A DNA stretch of 64,000 bases from Tubiluchus corallicola (GCA_030141605.1 JAQGDQ010000175.1:248001-312000); one strand, 5' to 3'; counted from the first letter of the stretch, positions 48,950-62,751 are shown. Numbers and translations: made by a program. The notes: generated by a model not told the origin, from the sequence alone.

Positions 48950-51900
48950 CGTTTCTAATGTCAGAACTCCACGATAGATTTTTGTGTCATCAGCAAGCAT
49001 ACTAATTTCGGAAGTAAATGAATCTGGTAAATCATTGGCGAAGAGTAGGAATAAAACAGGACCCAGTATAGACCCTTGCGGAATGCCGCTTGAAACAGAG
49101 CACCACCTAGAAGATGTTCTGTTGATTACTAATCGTTTTCTACGATTTGACAAAAATGCTTCAAACCGCTTGAGCAGTTTGCCTCTGATGCCTGAGTAAT
49201 ACAATTTAGCTAATAGTCGCTTGTATGCAACAGTGTCAAAAGCTTCGTTGAAGTCCAGATAAATCACGACCACGCCCTCCCCCAAATTATCACATACTGA
49301 TATCCAGTCATCAAGAACTTCCACAAGGTTGGTACTGCATGACTTTCCTTTCTGAAAACCATGGTTTCTAGAGTTGATAAGATTTTCTTCCATGCAGAAG
49401 TCCATAACTGAATGTTGAATTAAACATTCTAGTGTCTTAACAACAATGCTAGTTAATGACACTGGGCGATGATTAGTGAGTATTTTAGGATCTTTCTTTG
49501 GCATAGGAGCAACATTAGCATCACGTCAATCCTGTGGCAGATAAGCACAATCTATAGACTTCCTGAACAATAGGAAAAGTGGTTTTGCCAGTGTTTCTGC
49601 GCAGTTCTTCAAAACGGTGGGATGAACTTCATCAGGACCTTTCGCTTTTGTCTCATCACTTTTTGTAGCTGATCATATACTGTCCGTATTGAAAAGTTGA
49701 CGTCATTGATTACACTACTAGGAGAAGGACTGACACACTGAGGAATTAAATCTGCAAACTCTTTAATAAATACAGAAGAAAAGAAGTCATTCAACGCATT
49801 AGCCTTAGCAGAGTCATTAAGCAAAACTTCATTATCTGGTCCTAACAATGAATCTATGGATTCGGCTTAGTAAATTGTTTCGTGTAACTGAAGAACTTCT
49901 TTGGATTAGTTCTTATACTCTGTACAAGGTTCTTCTCATAAACTTTCCTAGACTCTACTAATGAGTCCTTGAGATGTTTTGAAGTACTACTGAACAACAT
50001 CTTATTTGCATGAGAGTGAAAATGAGTAAATCTTCATCATGCTGTAGATTTCTGTCTAGCTGCTTGACGTACAATTGGTGGTCTTTGCCAGACAGGTTTA
50101 ACCTTTGACCTAGCATCAATACACAATGTAGGTACATAACTATTTACAACATGGTTATATATACTAAATATACTAAGAAATGATTTCCAGCACGTATCAA
50201 TATTACTATTATTAAACACTGTTTCCCAGTCAACCAAGAAAAAAGCTTTATTAGCACCTACAAAATTAGTCTTAATATACAATTTCACAATACGGGAATG
50301 TAAGTTTCTATTTATATAATTGCATAGCAATTCGAAGTAAATGGAATTATGATCACTTGTAGAAAAAGGTTCAGAAACCACAAGATTACCTATACTGTGA
50401 TAATTATTTGTTATTACTAAATCTAAAATGCTGTTATTCCGAGTTGGTGAAACATCGCATTGTTCAAGAAGATTGTCCTACAAAGTATTCAAAAACAATT
50501 CATCCATTTCACTAGAACCTATATAGTTAATCCAATTTACATTTGGGAGATTAAAATTTCCAAGAACAACACAAAAAGACGATAAGGTGAAGCTGCATCC
50601 CTAATACTATTACAAATACGCCTACTATTATTAAGGGAGCCATTTGGGGGTTTATAGCACACTCCAATTGTCAGTTTATCACTGTTGTGGGGGTAAATAT
50701 TGACCCATAATAATTCGGCATCAGTGTCAAAGTTGCTGTTTATAGTACAACAAAGATAACTCTTAACAAAAATCATGACTCCACCACCCTTTGAAGGCTC
50801 CATGTTATTACGATCACAACAATACCACACATAGCCATTAGGAACAAACTCACTAGAGTCAATGTCATAATGCAGGCATGTTTCTGTTACGGTTACCAAA
50901 TCAGCGCTAGAAGTGTTCAAAAAAATATAGCAAATCTGAATATTTGTTAGTGATACATCTTGCATTAAAATAATAAAATTTCAACTTATTTTTTACAGTA
51001 TTTACAGTTCTAGACAAATCCATGTAATCTTTAATTGGTCATTTTTGAGAATCTGAGGCAACCTTAATTGATACGTCATTACTGTTCCTTACATCAGCAA
51101 TAACTGCTACAGAATCAGAAGCTTGTGCTAACTCTTGATGATGATTGTTTCGATGAAACTCATTCCTATTTGCTGCAACACCATTAGCGAAGTTGGTAGG
51201 ACTCAGAGAAATTGCAATACCATCTCCATTATGAAGCAAATCAGGAAATTCGGTACGGTCCATGATATTGTAAGAAACACTCTTTTCTATATGTAGACTA
51301 CGATTTGTCGAAAGACTACAGCTAGCATCTACAACTCTAGTAACTGGAGCACTATCACTACTAATACGTGGTAAACAACTCTGATTGCTAGTACTAGAAT
51401 TGATTACAGAGCTACAATCACCAGTCAGTGTAACTCCTTTAGAGTGCACATCATCAGAGAAACTAACATGTATCGGCTGCTTCCGATTTTTTGGAATTGC
51501 ACTAAGTTGTCCTGAAATGGCACTAGCCGATATATCATGATCAGTATTTTTAGCTGTTTCCATTCCTCGTAGCGTTTTTTCTTCCTGATGCTGAAGTACA
51601 GTATAGTCAGGTTTAATATAAACGTTTTTGCATTTAGACGTTTTCAAAGTTTTCTTTGCTGAGAGGATCTTAGTTTTATCTCTTCCAGATTTCATAACTG
51701 ATTTTGCAGCACGTGGTGACTTAGAATTGTCGACCTTCTTAACCACGCGATGTATTTTAGTTGGGCTTACCTCAATATTTAATGATTTTATGACATTCAA
51801 GATTTCGTTTTTACCATCAGCTTCATTTTCATGTTCAGGTAAATCGGTAGGCGAGAGGCCTCTGTTCAAATGCCACATCCTGAAATTAGATTACTAAACC

Positions 51901-52125
51901 TAACGACTGGGAACTATCACCAGCAACTACCAAAAACTACAAATTCTTCTTATAAAAAAACTACATTCTTCCTATAAAAACTACATTTTATGTCGTACGT
52001 TTTTAGCTACTTTCTCGGCTGCACTATGTCGCATATATCTGCAAAAGCACTTAAAATATTTCAAATTTTTATTAAAGCTGATGAAACTGAAAAGAATCTT
52101 CAAGGGAGCAGCCATTTTTTCTGAC
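48950..52125 (-). mobile_element. CR1-clade LINE with ORF1, APE endonuclease and RT; degraded and lacking its 3' end
   Basis: ORF1-like NVYIKPDYT; endonuclease VTET..DR..GGGV..CYKPP..SDHNSIYF; RT NHRPVSLTS..HGFQKGKSC..YLDFNEAFDTV..SGIPQGSILGPVLFLLF..LADDTKIYR. The 5' limit is approximate. Confidence 0.88.
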
Positions 52126-52848
52126 AGTCAATTAGACCTGCGCCCTCTATTGCTAGTTATAGATAACGTGATTTTACTGATTCCAAAAATGATAATAGAT
52201 GTTTTCTTAGTTAGTTACCTTAGTTGCGCTCACGGACACCAATTTTCAATGTGAAATTGAGACAATTGAGACAAATTGAGACAAAATGGGAATTCGTTTG
52301 AATTTCTTCAAATAGACGGCGCTGACGCAAATTTCACGCACGCGCCGTAGTTTCGCCACACCGCCACGTTTGAAATGCGTTTGCGACGAATTATTTACGT
52401 TTTCTGTGAAACGTTTGCCATTCTTTCGAGAGAGAAACATGAGAACTCGACGGCAAACGGTAGGCAAATTTATTTCCGACATTTTGACACGCAATAGCGG
52501 GCCAGCGCTCCATAAATGCGAACAGTATGAGCGTTTCGGTACAGTAGCCTAATAATTAAAGTTTGTCGCCAAGTTAAATTATTCTGACTGTTAATACGTG
52601 TCTGACCAGATGTGTTTACCTGAAAGTCAGAATGTAGTTAATTTGTTTGCATGTAATCTATTCAGGAGGCAGGCAGGAACAGTTAACAAAGCAGCTCGTT
52701 GAGTAGCATTAGCGTCTTTCCACAAAAGACTGTTAGTTAACAAAACGGCTCAGTTAGCACTCGAGCGTCGTTCAGCAGTGTGTTATAATAGTGAAAAAGT
52801 GAAATGATACTAATAGAGCAAAAACAATGCAAACATTGAAGTCATGTT

Positions 52849-52974
52849 GAGCTAGCCTAGTACCAGAGAGTCAGTTTGTCGAGCTAGCCTAGTACCAGAG
52901 AGTCAGTTTGTTCAGCTAGCCTAGTACCAGAGAGTCAGTTTGTCGAGCTAGCCTAGTACCAGAGAGTCGGTTTG
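52849..52974. repeat. Minisatellite, 32-bp unit x4
   Basis: GAGCTAGCCTAGTACCAGAGAGTCAGTTTGTC starts at 52849, 52881, 52913 and 52945. Confidence 0.93.
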
Positions 52975-53067
52975 GGAGATAGAAATTGATGAGCCACTAA
53001 CATAACTCGTGTGCACTTGTGTGAAGGTGTTGTAATTATGTATACTAAATAATATATTTTTTTATAG

Positions 53068-55260
53068 CACGTACTGTGCGTGTTGTGCTAGAAGACATAG
53101 CACAACGTGGTCAACTACAACATGTACCACCGCCGGTTGAGCCAGTTGTCGTAAGTAAGCCAAGCACGAGTCAGCTAAGGCCAGCTGGTCCTCAGGTTAG
53201 TTCTAATTTTTTTCTAATTTTTTTGTACCTCGTGTTCTTGCTAATTTTTAGAAACTGCACTTTAGAAACTGACTATAGTATGACTATTTTGAATATAGTG
53301 TTTATATAATTTTAACACTGGTTTTATTTCTCTATAGGGTCTCTTGCCTTCAGCTTGGAAAGAAGCCATACCAAAGAGGGAACATGCCTGGATCTCTAAA
53401 GCTGTTTTCATCATTGGACCTGGTGGTAAACGGCAGTTGAAGCCGAACATCCAGATGTGGGTTCATCCACCACAACCTCCAATGATTCATAATCAGCCAC
53501 CAGCATCCACGGCTCTGTTTTTTGCAAGACCATTATTTCTTTGGATGCCACTTCGTTTCTGGAAGGTGAGACTGCAGTGCATCAAACCTGACTGCGTAGG
53601 ACAAATGGCTCTTTGTGGATATTACAAGACAGTTCGCCAAGTAGTCGATGTGGATGGCACCTTTCTTCTTGCTACTGACTATCTGGAATGTAGAGTATGC
53701 CATACCAAAGTTGCAGCATGGTGCCCAGGAATACTACAGCAAATCGATGTAGGCCATCGTCCGCAGTTTCCTGCACTACTAACATATCTGTTGCCACGTG
53801 TGCAGAAGGTGCTGGATTGACGGAGATGGCTGCTGGACTGATGAGATGTCACAGCGAGGCGAACCAAGATCCGCCACATCTGATGTACGTAGACAGGGAT
53901 TGCTGTTCGTCGACAGGAACAAGGAGTAAGACACATGCCATGTTTCACCTGTGGAAGAACCTGATTGTTTTTTTGTATTTGTATTGTATTGTTTTATATT
54001 TCGTATTATTTTTTGCTGTGCACAGTTTTTTGGGTTTTTTTTAATATTTTTTTCTGCCCCTACCAAACCAACTACCAAACACTACTAACTATAGCTCATT
54101 TTCATTCCCTTCCCATCCATGCAGTTTTTATTTTTTTCTGCCATGCTGTGAACTGTATAACTTGTATATCTGTATTTTTTTCTGCACTGTATTCTTTAAA
54201 TTATATGCTTAGTGCAGTTTTTTGCTTAAACATGTATATCTGTATTTTTTCTGCAATGTATTCTTCTTTTCAACATGTAATTTTGACTGTAATGTTTGTG
54301 ATATATATATTATATTGTGATTGTGGTTTCATTCTAACCAGAAGTACAGTTTTTTTGCTTAAACATGTAAATCTGTATTTTTTCTACACTGTATTTTGAC
54401 TGTAATGTTTCTGTAATTTGTGGTTTTCATTTATATTGTGATTGTGGTTTCATTCTAACCAGAAGTGCAGTTTTTTTGCTTAAACATGTATATCTGTATT
54501 TTTTCTGCACTGTATTTTGACTGTAATGTTTCTGTAATTTGTGGTTTTCATTTATATTGTGGTTGTGGTTTCATTCTAACCAGAAGTGCAGTTTTTTGTT
54601 TAAACATGTATATCATCTGTATTTTTTCTGCACTGTATTTTGACTGTAATGTTTCTGTAATTTGTGATTTTCATTTATATTGTGGTTGTGGTTTCATTCT
54701 AACCAGAAGTGCAGTTTTTTGCTTAAACATGTATATCATCTGTATTTTTTCTGCACTGTATTTTGACTGTAATGTTTCTGTAATTTGTGGTTTTCATTTA
54801 TATTGTGATTGTGGTTTCATTCTAACCAGAAGTGCAGTTTTTTTGCTTAAACATGTATATCATCTGTATTTTTTCTGCACTGTATTTTGACTGTAATGTT
54901 TCTGTAATTTGTGGTTTTCATTTATATTGTGGTTGTGGTTTCATTCTAACCAGAAGTGCAGTTTTTTTGCTTAAACATGTATATCATCTGTATTTTTTCT
55001 GCACTGTATTTTGACTGTAATGTTTCTGTAATTTGTGACACAGGAACAAGGAGTAAAACACATGCCATGCTTCACCTGTGGAAGAACCTGATTGTTCAGC
55101 TAGATATCTACCACTTCATTAGAAGAATAACATCCTGTGCTCTCGAGTCTCATCCACTGTATGCTCAATTCATGAGGCAAATCTCAGCAGCCATATTCGA
55201 GTGGGATGACCAAGACGTTCAAAAACTCATCGCAGCCAAACGGTCGGAGCTGGAGTTCAG
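53068..55260 (+). pseudogene. Rearranged transposase-like gene of an unassigned family (DUF6729-like Cys-rich domain plus YVDRDCC and LDIYHF motifs)
   Basis: LPSAWKEAIP..WVHPPQPP..FFARPLFLWMP..C..C..RQVVDVDG..TDYLECRVC..QFPALLTY, then a frame jump to EGAGLTEMAAGL..LMYVDRDCC and later LDIYHFIRR..SHPLYAQFM..IFEWD..AKRSEL. A short upstream exon ~53068-53194 has AG/GT borders. The family label is from memory. Confidence 0.6.
54311..55036. repeat. Tandem repeat, unit of about 121-124 bp, about 6 copies
   Basis: TATATTGTGRTTGTGGTTTCATTCTAACCAGAAGTGCAGT(n)GCTTAAACATGTATATC(ATC)TGTATTTTTTCTGCACTGTATTTTGACTGTAATGTTTCTGTAATTTGTGGTTTTCATT repeated. Confidence 0.93.
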
Positions 55261-56557
55261 TTGTAAACTTTGTTTTTGCTGTGCACAGTTTTTTGGGTTT
55301 TTTTTAATATTTTTTTCTGCCGCACACACTCACACACACACACATGTTTCGATTTTATAATTGTATATATATATAATGACACTATATACAAACAAAACAA
55401 TTACTAATAAAACAAAACAAATATTGTTAAATCTCGACTCATGTATATAATATTCAGACTGCGAATTTCTGCCACTGCTTTCTTTTCCATACGGGCCAAC
55501 GAAGGGGCTAGAGGAAGGAAAGAAAATTATGGTTCGAGTATCTTCAGTGCATCTGTAATTCCATAAGTGGAATCACATTATTTTGCAGTGAAGCTAACAT
55601 AATTTTGCTATTGTGCCTATTTTGTGTTATTTTGCAGTGTTGTACTTTATGTTGTGTTGTCTTACAGTGGTTTGGCAGTTGATGGGCTATTCACGCGTGT
55701 GAAAGCTGCTTTCTAAAATTCAAAACGCCATAGGCTATATTCTAGGTTTAACTGTAGCAGCCCCGCTTGTCAAGTAAACTAAGTGACTCTCACAATTGAC
55801 TAGCCACACAGGTAACACGCACTCACGCACAACCCTCTTACTCTCACGCATATCACATTGCTATAACTATGAACATGTTTTGATTTATAAGTTCATCCAA
55901 TTCTTGGTGTTTTCCTATTTTTTATTTCACGTTTTTCAGTCTTAAGTTTTTATCAAAAATCGAAACGTCAGAAATTATTTTTTAAAATGAACTGGCGATG
56001 AGATGACGTGAGTTAATTGGTGGATTTTATACTTTAGTTTATTTATTAACTCAAACCTAACAGATCTCTAGTTAAACAGATTTATTCAGAGTCTTCAAAG
56101 CACGTAAAGTTTGAAAAAATAATCAGAGTATTCGTAGCGTCCATGTCACTAACTAAATAAAATTTAAAATTACTGTATATTCTCAATAAGATTAAAAATA
56201 CGTTTTTTGGTTAGTGATTGGTGCACCCTGGAGGGTGAGTTAACGACATTTTACCAATTAGTGAAAACATTTTAAATAATTAATAAATTTCTTTTCTAGT
56301 TACATAAGTCTTTCTAGTAGGAAAGCGAAAATCTAAGTAATATGGATTTGCACGGAAAGTCTTTTGAGATATAATTTAACATGGCCTTTTCTTCCCCTGA
56401 TTTACGCTTGGCACATGACGTCATGTAATGGCGACTTCGGAACAGTATTGCGGGAGATTTAAAATAAAAACAAACTAAACTTCCTTTCAACGCGAGTAAG
56501 ATATACGCATATAATTGCTATAAAATAATAAAAAAATTTAAGTCGACTTTTCTAAAA

Positions 56558-58220
56558 CCTACTTCAGGTGCCCCTTTTCTTGTCATTTAAGTCAATCAGA
56601 CATTAATATATTCAGCTGTGCAAAATTTGTGAAAGGTGAACTGGGGTTAGCAGGTTCCGATCATGTATGGGGAAAAGCAAGGAACTGTAAGCAACAAACG
56701 CTTACTATACAGCGTTAAATAGAAACTCCAAAATATATATCTCAAAAAGTGGAAAGAAGAATTAAACAAATTAAGAACCTACTGCAAAGTCAAAGAATGC
56801 TACGAATTAAAAAATTATTTACAAATTAACACTGTAACTCACAATGCTAAAATTGTTTTCACGAAACTACGTATTAGTTCACACTCACTCGCAATAGAAA
56901 CCGGTAGACATCATAAACCTAACAAAATTCCATCCAGTGAAAGATACTGTATACAACGCGACCCAAACAAACAAGAAATGGATTTGCTCTTGCACTGTAG
57001 TAGACATGAGCGACTAAGAAACACTTTTAATGCAAAAATTAGCTCTCTATTTCCAAACTTTACTTACTTATCAGATGATGACAAACTAAAACTATTATTA
57101 GGCTCAAGCGATTCTGAAATTCTCCAAATTGCTTGTAATTTTGTTTAAAATGTTTCAGTTCTAGGATGTAATTATAATAAAAAAACGAACTATCTAATAA
57201 TAACTAACAGCACTTATCTAAATTAAATACTATATGTGTATGCGACTACATTAAATTCGTGTTTTTGTACATTTATGTTGTATCATTGGGTTTATACATC
57301 AAAGTTTGATGTTCTGTCTTTAGTTTAAATTATTGAAGTTGATTTGTAATATTGTATTCTTAGTATATGAGTTTATACCGTTATATATGTAATTATATCT
57401 TTGTATTATGTAAATTGTAATTATAACTGTAATTACCCAATGATATATGAAATATTAAAACACAGATGGTAAATGAATGTTTTTTGTTGTGAAGGACTAA
57501 GCTCAGTATGTTAATAAATTAATGTTGTTGTTTACGCTGACATTAAATCTTGTTGTCTTTATTAATGTGTAAATACAGTAGAATTTGCAGCTCACATGCA
57601 GAGCAAAACCAGACTGTTACAGTGTAAGCATCATGAGTATTTTGTTCTAAAAATCTCAAAAATTAAAAGGAAGCCAATCTTAAGCTGCAGGTCAAACAAT
57701 CTGCTTTTTAAAAATTGAGAGGAAACATGCAATTTTTTAAAATTAATTTACGTGAAAGAATTATTACCACGCAAACACAATGCCACTAGTTCTTCACTGT
57801 TACATGCATTCTGCCATTCGTTAGTTGGCATGGAACCGCATTTAGGAAACGCATTGCAAAAAACAGGCGCTGTACCTCTCAGTTCAGATGTGTTAGCTTG
57901 TGAGGTACTACAAACATTCGACAGCTCATGCGTGAGCATAGTAAAATTAGATAAATTTTAAATTAGAATTTTATCTCAAACATTGCGTAGTTTTAGTGCA
58001 ACACACTGAATATCTTACAGTAGCAAGTAAATTCAACTTTTGCTTTCGCAAACACGTGCAACACACTCGTGGAATATTTGACTGCTGAAAATCAAATTAG
58101 TTTGTGATGTCATCAATAGTTGGGCTCGCATCTGGGAGTCCAAGAATGTCATTTGGAATTTCTAGATGCCGTAGTCCAGATGATTAAAGGACAAGAAAAG
58201 GGGTACCTGAAGTAGGCGCC
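56558..58220. mobile_element. Kolobok-like non-autonomous DNA element with TIRs of about 40 bp, containing a LINE 3' fragment
   Basis: CCTACTTCAGGTGCCCCTTTTCTTGTCATTTAA at 56558 versus TTAAAGGACAAGAAAAGGGGTACCTGAAGTAGGCGCC|TTAA ending at 58220. The left tip is eroded. Confidence 0.6.
56680..57180 (+). mobile_element. LINE ORF2 C-terminal fragment (zinc-knuckle region)
   Basis: Hand translation KLRTYCKVK..TKLRISSHSLAIETGRHH..IPSSERYC..LLHC followed by an A/TAA-rich tail. Confidence 0.6.
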
Positions 58221-59595
58221 TTAAATCCGCTCTATAGTTACTTATTATGTCCATAAGTACACAATATTTGCTGAAATATAAACTCATATCTCAGATTGTC
58301 GGACTGTTAATTTATTGCCCTATTGCAACTTTATCTGAAACATGTAACATTGTTATTGGCGTAACCGGTTCTCTCCAAATCGTATTACTGTATCAAACGT
58401 GTTGCATATAGTATATAATTCATATTTAGGTACATACATTTTGTTAGAGCTTTTTGATGAGAGATATTCAACTTTAAGGTCTTGTTTTTAGAAATTTCAT
58501 TTTTGTGCACCTTTTTATGTCACAGGATCAGCGTAAGTGCGCATGCGCCCGCCGATTCTTTGTTTTATACAATTTTAATAGTGTGTCATTCTCTAATTGT
58601 CTGTCTCCTGCACTGGCATCAAATTTCGAGAAGAGTTGATTTACGGCAATATTTCTTTGTTGCCTTAATTAGTGTTTTTCAATATTTCTAGTAACAACTA
58701 TAATGAATAATCATCTATACATCAGGATTTCTATCACTGCAATTAGTTCACTGCATCTAAGTCTAAGATGAACTTACAATAGGGATGCTTAAAGTGCATA
58801 TACTAAAACTGTTTTTAATGAATTTTAATACACGTACTGCATTATTTCGTACAGCATACTTATGTATTGGTGTTTCAGTACCAGACAACATTGCCGGGTA
58901 TTTGTCGTCCTGTTAATTTACAATTGCACGTAAAAAATCACGGGGGGGGGGAACTCACAGAAAAAAGCAAATAAACCTAATCAGAAACCCAGACCTTCAG
59001 TAACCTGCAAGCTGAGAATTTTTCGAAATTATAATACAGGCCTAAAACAAAACAACACAGTTCGCCAACGTCTCCACCATGCATGAATAAAACTAGAAAT
59101 AAATTTAAAAAAACTGCAACATTTATAGCATCTACCAGTGGTAAATAAGTACAAAGTTCCTATTTGCTGTGATAACAGCTAGAACACGTGAGTGAGGACA
59201 AAGCTATAACTCGGTAGGAATTCGAATGTGGAAGAGGGAAACTCACCATCAATATCAAATGTTGTTAGAAAGGACTTTTTCTGTCTTTCTAGCTTTAAAA
59301 TTACTTTGTATTGCTTTTTGTTGTTGAAAATCACTTGTGGATGTTGTAGACATTGCAGTATTGTATTGTTAAGCTCAGGTTTGTATATGAATGGTACAGT
59401 TGTCATAGTATTATGTTGTTAAGTTCTTGTAAAAATAGCAGGTTCGTAGCTGCTGTTTGTCGCAACTGAAGATAGACACATATTGGACTGCACTTTGTTT
59501 TACATATGACATGACAAGCACACAAACATGTTTTTGATTAACACTTAAAATGAACTAAAATTAGACTGAACAAACTGAACTACACAAACAACTTT

Positions 59596-60360
59596 ACTTC
59601 TTCTTCTTTTTCAATGAATCATACGTCCAGGAACATGATTCTGCTCACCTCTCTATGCCAGGACTCCCCACACGCTGCAATTTCCCAAGTGGATTTATTT
59701 CTAAGGATCAATGCTGAAGTGTTTAAATCTTTCTGTGCAAAATCTAAATATGTTAACATTTGTCCCCTTCCAGTTTTTTAGCTGGTTCTATGGCTTGTTG
59801 AAGAGCTATCTTCATTGAATATCATCAGGTAGCCCAATACATCTTAAACGGCGTCATTTCATTTTTCTTGTCCAAGGTTCTTCTTTTATTTTTTCATATA
59901 GATTTTTGTTTGGGATTTTCTCAGGCTATCTAATACCCAAAATGTTTCTGTAATTTCGCCTTTGAAACGCATCGATTTCAGCTTTATGATTTGCTTTTAA
60001 TGTCCAGAGCTCAGAGTTATACAGAAATACAGTTTCAACTAAGGCTGAGAATATTCTAACTTTTGTTTCCAAAGAAATCTTCCTATTTTCAAAAACCTTC
60101 GTGAGTTTTGAGTAAGCTGATAATGCCATTATCTTCCGTCTTGATATGTCGTCCTCTGTTATCAGCAGACTAGCGAGATACTTGCATCTTTGCCGTGATT
60201 CATCATTGTTATATGAAACCCTTCAGTTTTATTTTTGTTTACAACGAGATCCATTCTGTTCAGTTTCTCCTCTATTGAGTTTTTTATTTCATCTACTTTT
60301 TCGTTTCTTGTTCATCATCAACATACTGCATTGATATCGTAGTTGAGTTACTTTGTAGAG
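59596..60360 (-). mobile_element. RTE-clade LINE 3' fragment
   Basis: ORF 59926-60129 (ISLETKVRIFSALVETVFLYNSELWTL..IDAFQRR..ILGIR), upstream CKYLASL and an (AAG)n tail near 59596-59610. Confidence 0.75.
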
Positions 60361-62751
60361 AGCTGTAACTGTGTTCTTGTCTTACTTCATCGCATATATT
60401 AATTCTCTTGGTATATATATATATAAGATTCGAGGCTACAGCTTCGACGACGGCACCATTTGCGGCGATCTATACATCAAAGGAAAGGTCTCGATCTAGT
60501 GTCGTGCCATTGGGCTTTATTTTTCGAATCGGGCACACCGGGACGAACGTTGGGGGGCAAAAAACCTGCAAAAATGGCTATTTTGCGGCCGTTTTTTGCA
60601 AACGTTATACGCCTGAGATATGAAGAACGGGAATGGGCCGAGGGCGGTGCTGGCTATAGATAGATAGGTGTAGTAGGCATATTTATAATTCGCGAGAGGG
60701 CCACGGCATCCCGTAATGGGCATTTTCCCGGACCCAAGTCGCGATTTTTTCAAAATTTTGGTCAAACAGCCTGCAGAAAAAACGTTCTAGCGGCGCCTGG
60801 TGGGACTCTCGGAAAGAGATATATAGCTCTTTAGAAAGAGGAAGAACAGAGCTACACGATGATGTGGGCTATATGGTAGGGCAGATCCACCAAAAGGAGT
60901 GCCGACGAGTTAATTAGATGTTCTATTTTTGGCAATTTTCGCTTGGAAAACTACTGACGCAAAGCCATTGTTGTGACGTCATCCATTATACTCTGTCTAT
61001 AACCTCATAGCTTTAATTCAGTAAAAGCTGCTACTGACTTTGCGTTATAAACGAGGACTGTGTAGGATGTTCGCGTATTTTTGATTGTACGTGTATTTAT
61101 ACGCAAATTTTTTTGCAGGGCCTTTGCTAGTTCGGTATTAATTCAGGATCAAGAATTGTGTAGTTGTGATCTTCTAGGTCTTTCAATGGAACCTCGTGGC
61201 CCAATAACAAAACCTGCGCACCACAAAAAACAAACAAATTTCTTACCCCCTGTTACGACCCATTACACATGTAATGTATATGTTAATGTATACGAGTATA
61301 TTAATGCATATTGTAAAGTATGTATTATAATGCATATTTCCTCCTGTACCTTAGTAACTATGAATGCCACAAGACTCAAATTCTCATAATGTGCTACCAG
61401 AATTGCGACATCGAATTGCTCCAGGCCCAGATGTAGTATTATTTGTTCCAAAACATCGCTTTTTGGCGGTACCTAAATATGTATTCATATCTATCTATAC
61501 CCAGCCCACAATGTTATGTTATTTATGCAAATGCAGGACAAAATATTTTTGAGCACTAATGATATTTGTAAAAAATTGTGAAAAATTTCACGCAACAGCA
61601 AGCCACAGCTTAGCTGGAACAATAAGTTGCCATGATATTTGTGACAAGCAACTTCTTATGTTCATTGTCCTGCTGTAGCTTCTAACATCACACTGCCAGA
61701 ATAGGCATTGCTAAAGTTGGCATTGCTATGGTAACTGAGCAGTTCTTTGTCTGCCATCTAGTGGCGAGTTAAAAAACAATGCAAGTACGTAATTGCACTA
61801 CTTGCAGACTATGCTTTTATTTTTGACTACAGTCATGTACACAGATGAAATTTCTCTATAATTGTCACACGGTCATTTCACAGAGAAGTAACATCCCCAT
61901 CCATTAGTGAAATTAAGAGAAAATGCGGTGAAGTTTATTAGAGTTGTTTTTCCTCTTGAGATCAACCAAAACTGAACAAGATATTTCGAAATCGTCAACA
62001 TAGCTGAAAAAGAACATCGCCTAGGGCGGATTGCTCTTGTCTAGTTCATGTTAATTGTGCATTGTATGTTTTTTATTTTCCTATGATCAAGTTTTTTAGA
62101 CATTTTGTTCCATAATTGGGTTTAAATAATGAAAAAGAAACTACACAATTCAGTATTACTAGCAGTCATCATCATCACATTAAAAATTTTGTTTTTATTA
62201 CATAAACCCTCTGACAAAAATTTACTTTTTATTTGTAAACTTATGCCTGTGGTTTCTTTCATGACGGATTTTTCTATTGAAACTACCAGTGTGGTGTGTC
62301 ATTAAACTTCTGTAGTAGCTTTCTTACATTTTCTAAGATCTTTTTTCTAATTGGATCCCGTTTTTTTAAGTTGATCTGCATAATGTGATATCATTTTTTT
62401 GTACCATTAGATCCTAAATCATTGTACTGTTACTTCATCCTACAGCACTCCCTGATTCTCAAATGACCCCTGTTCCCAGAACCAGTTGAAACCAGAGTCA
62501 GTCAACGTGTGAAGGTGCCCTAACCATTGCTGTACTATGCACCGAGGCAATAATTAAAACCATTAGTTTCAAAAACGAAAAACTACGACAAAAGACAACA
62601 CTTTTATTAGAAAACTACGGAAATACAGACTTTTCAACACTGACTGTCAAACCGCTAGATCAGTGCGAAAGCAGCGCGAGCACTTTTCTTTTTGTAAACA
62701 TATTTCTTTAAATTATCCATATTTGGCAACTTGATGTAACTAAATCAAAAT

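Noticed and set aside
52849-52974. 32-bp repeats of CRISPR-repeat length
   Set aside because: Directly adjacent copies without spacers; a minisatellite.
53965-55036. Hydrophobic Cys/Phe-rich ORFs of 60-144 aa
   Set aside because: These are translations of the T-rich tandem repeat with no protein-family signal.
59179-59406. 75-aa ORF with a GTGAGT donor as a possible WARS2 first exon
   Set aside because: The donor is phase 1 whereas the WARS2 acceptor needs phase 0, and the peptide does not resemble a targeting sequence.
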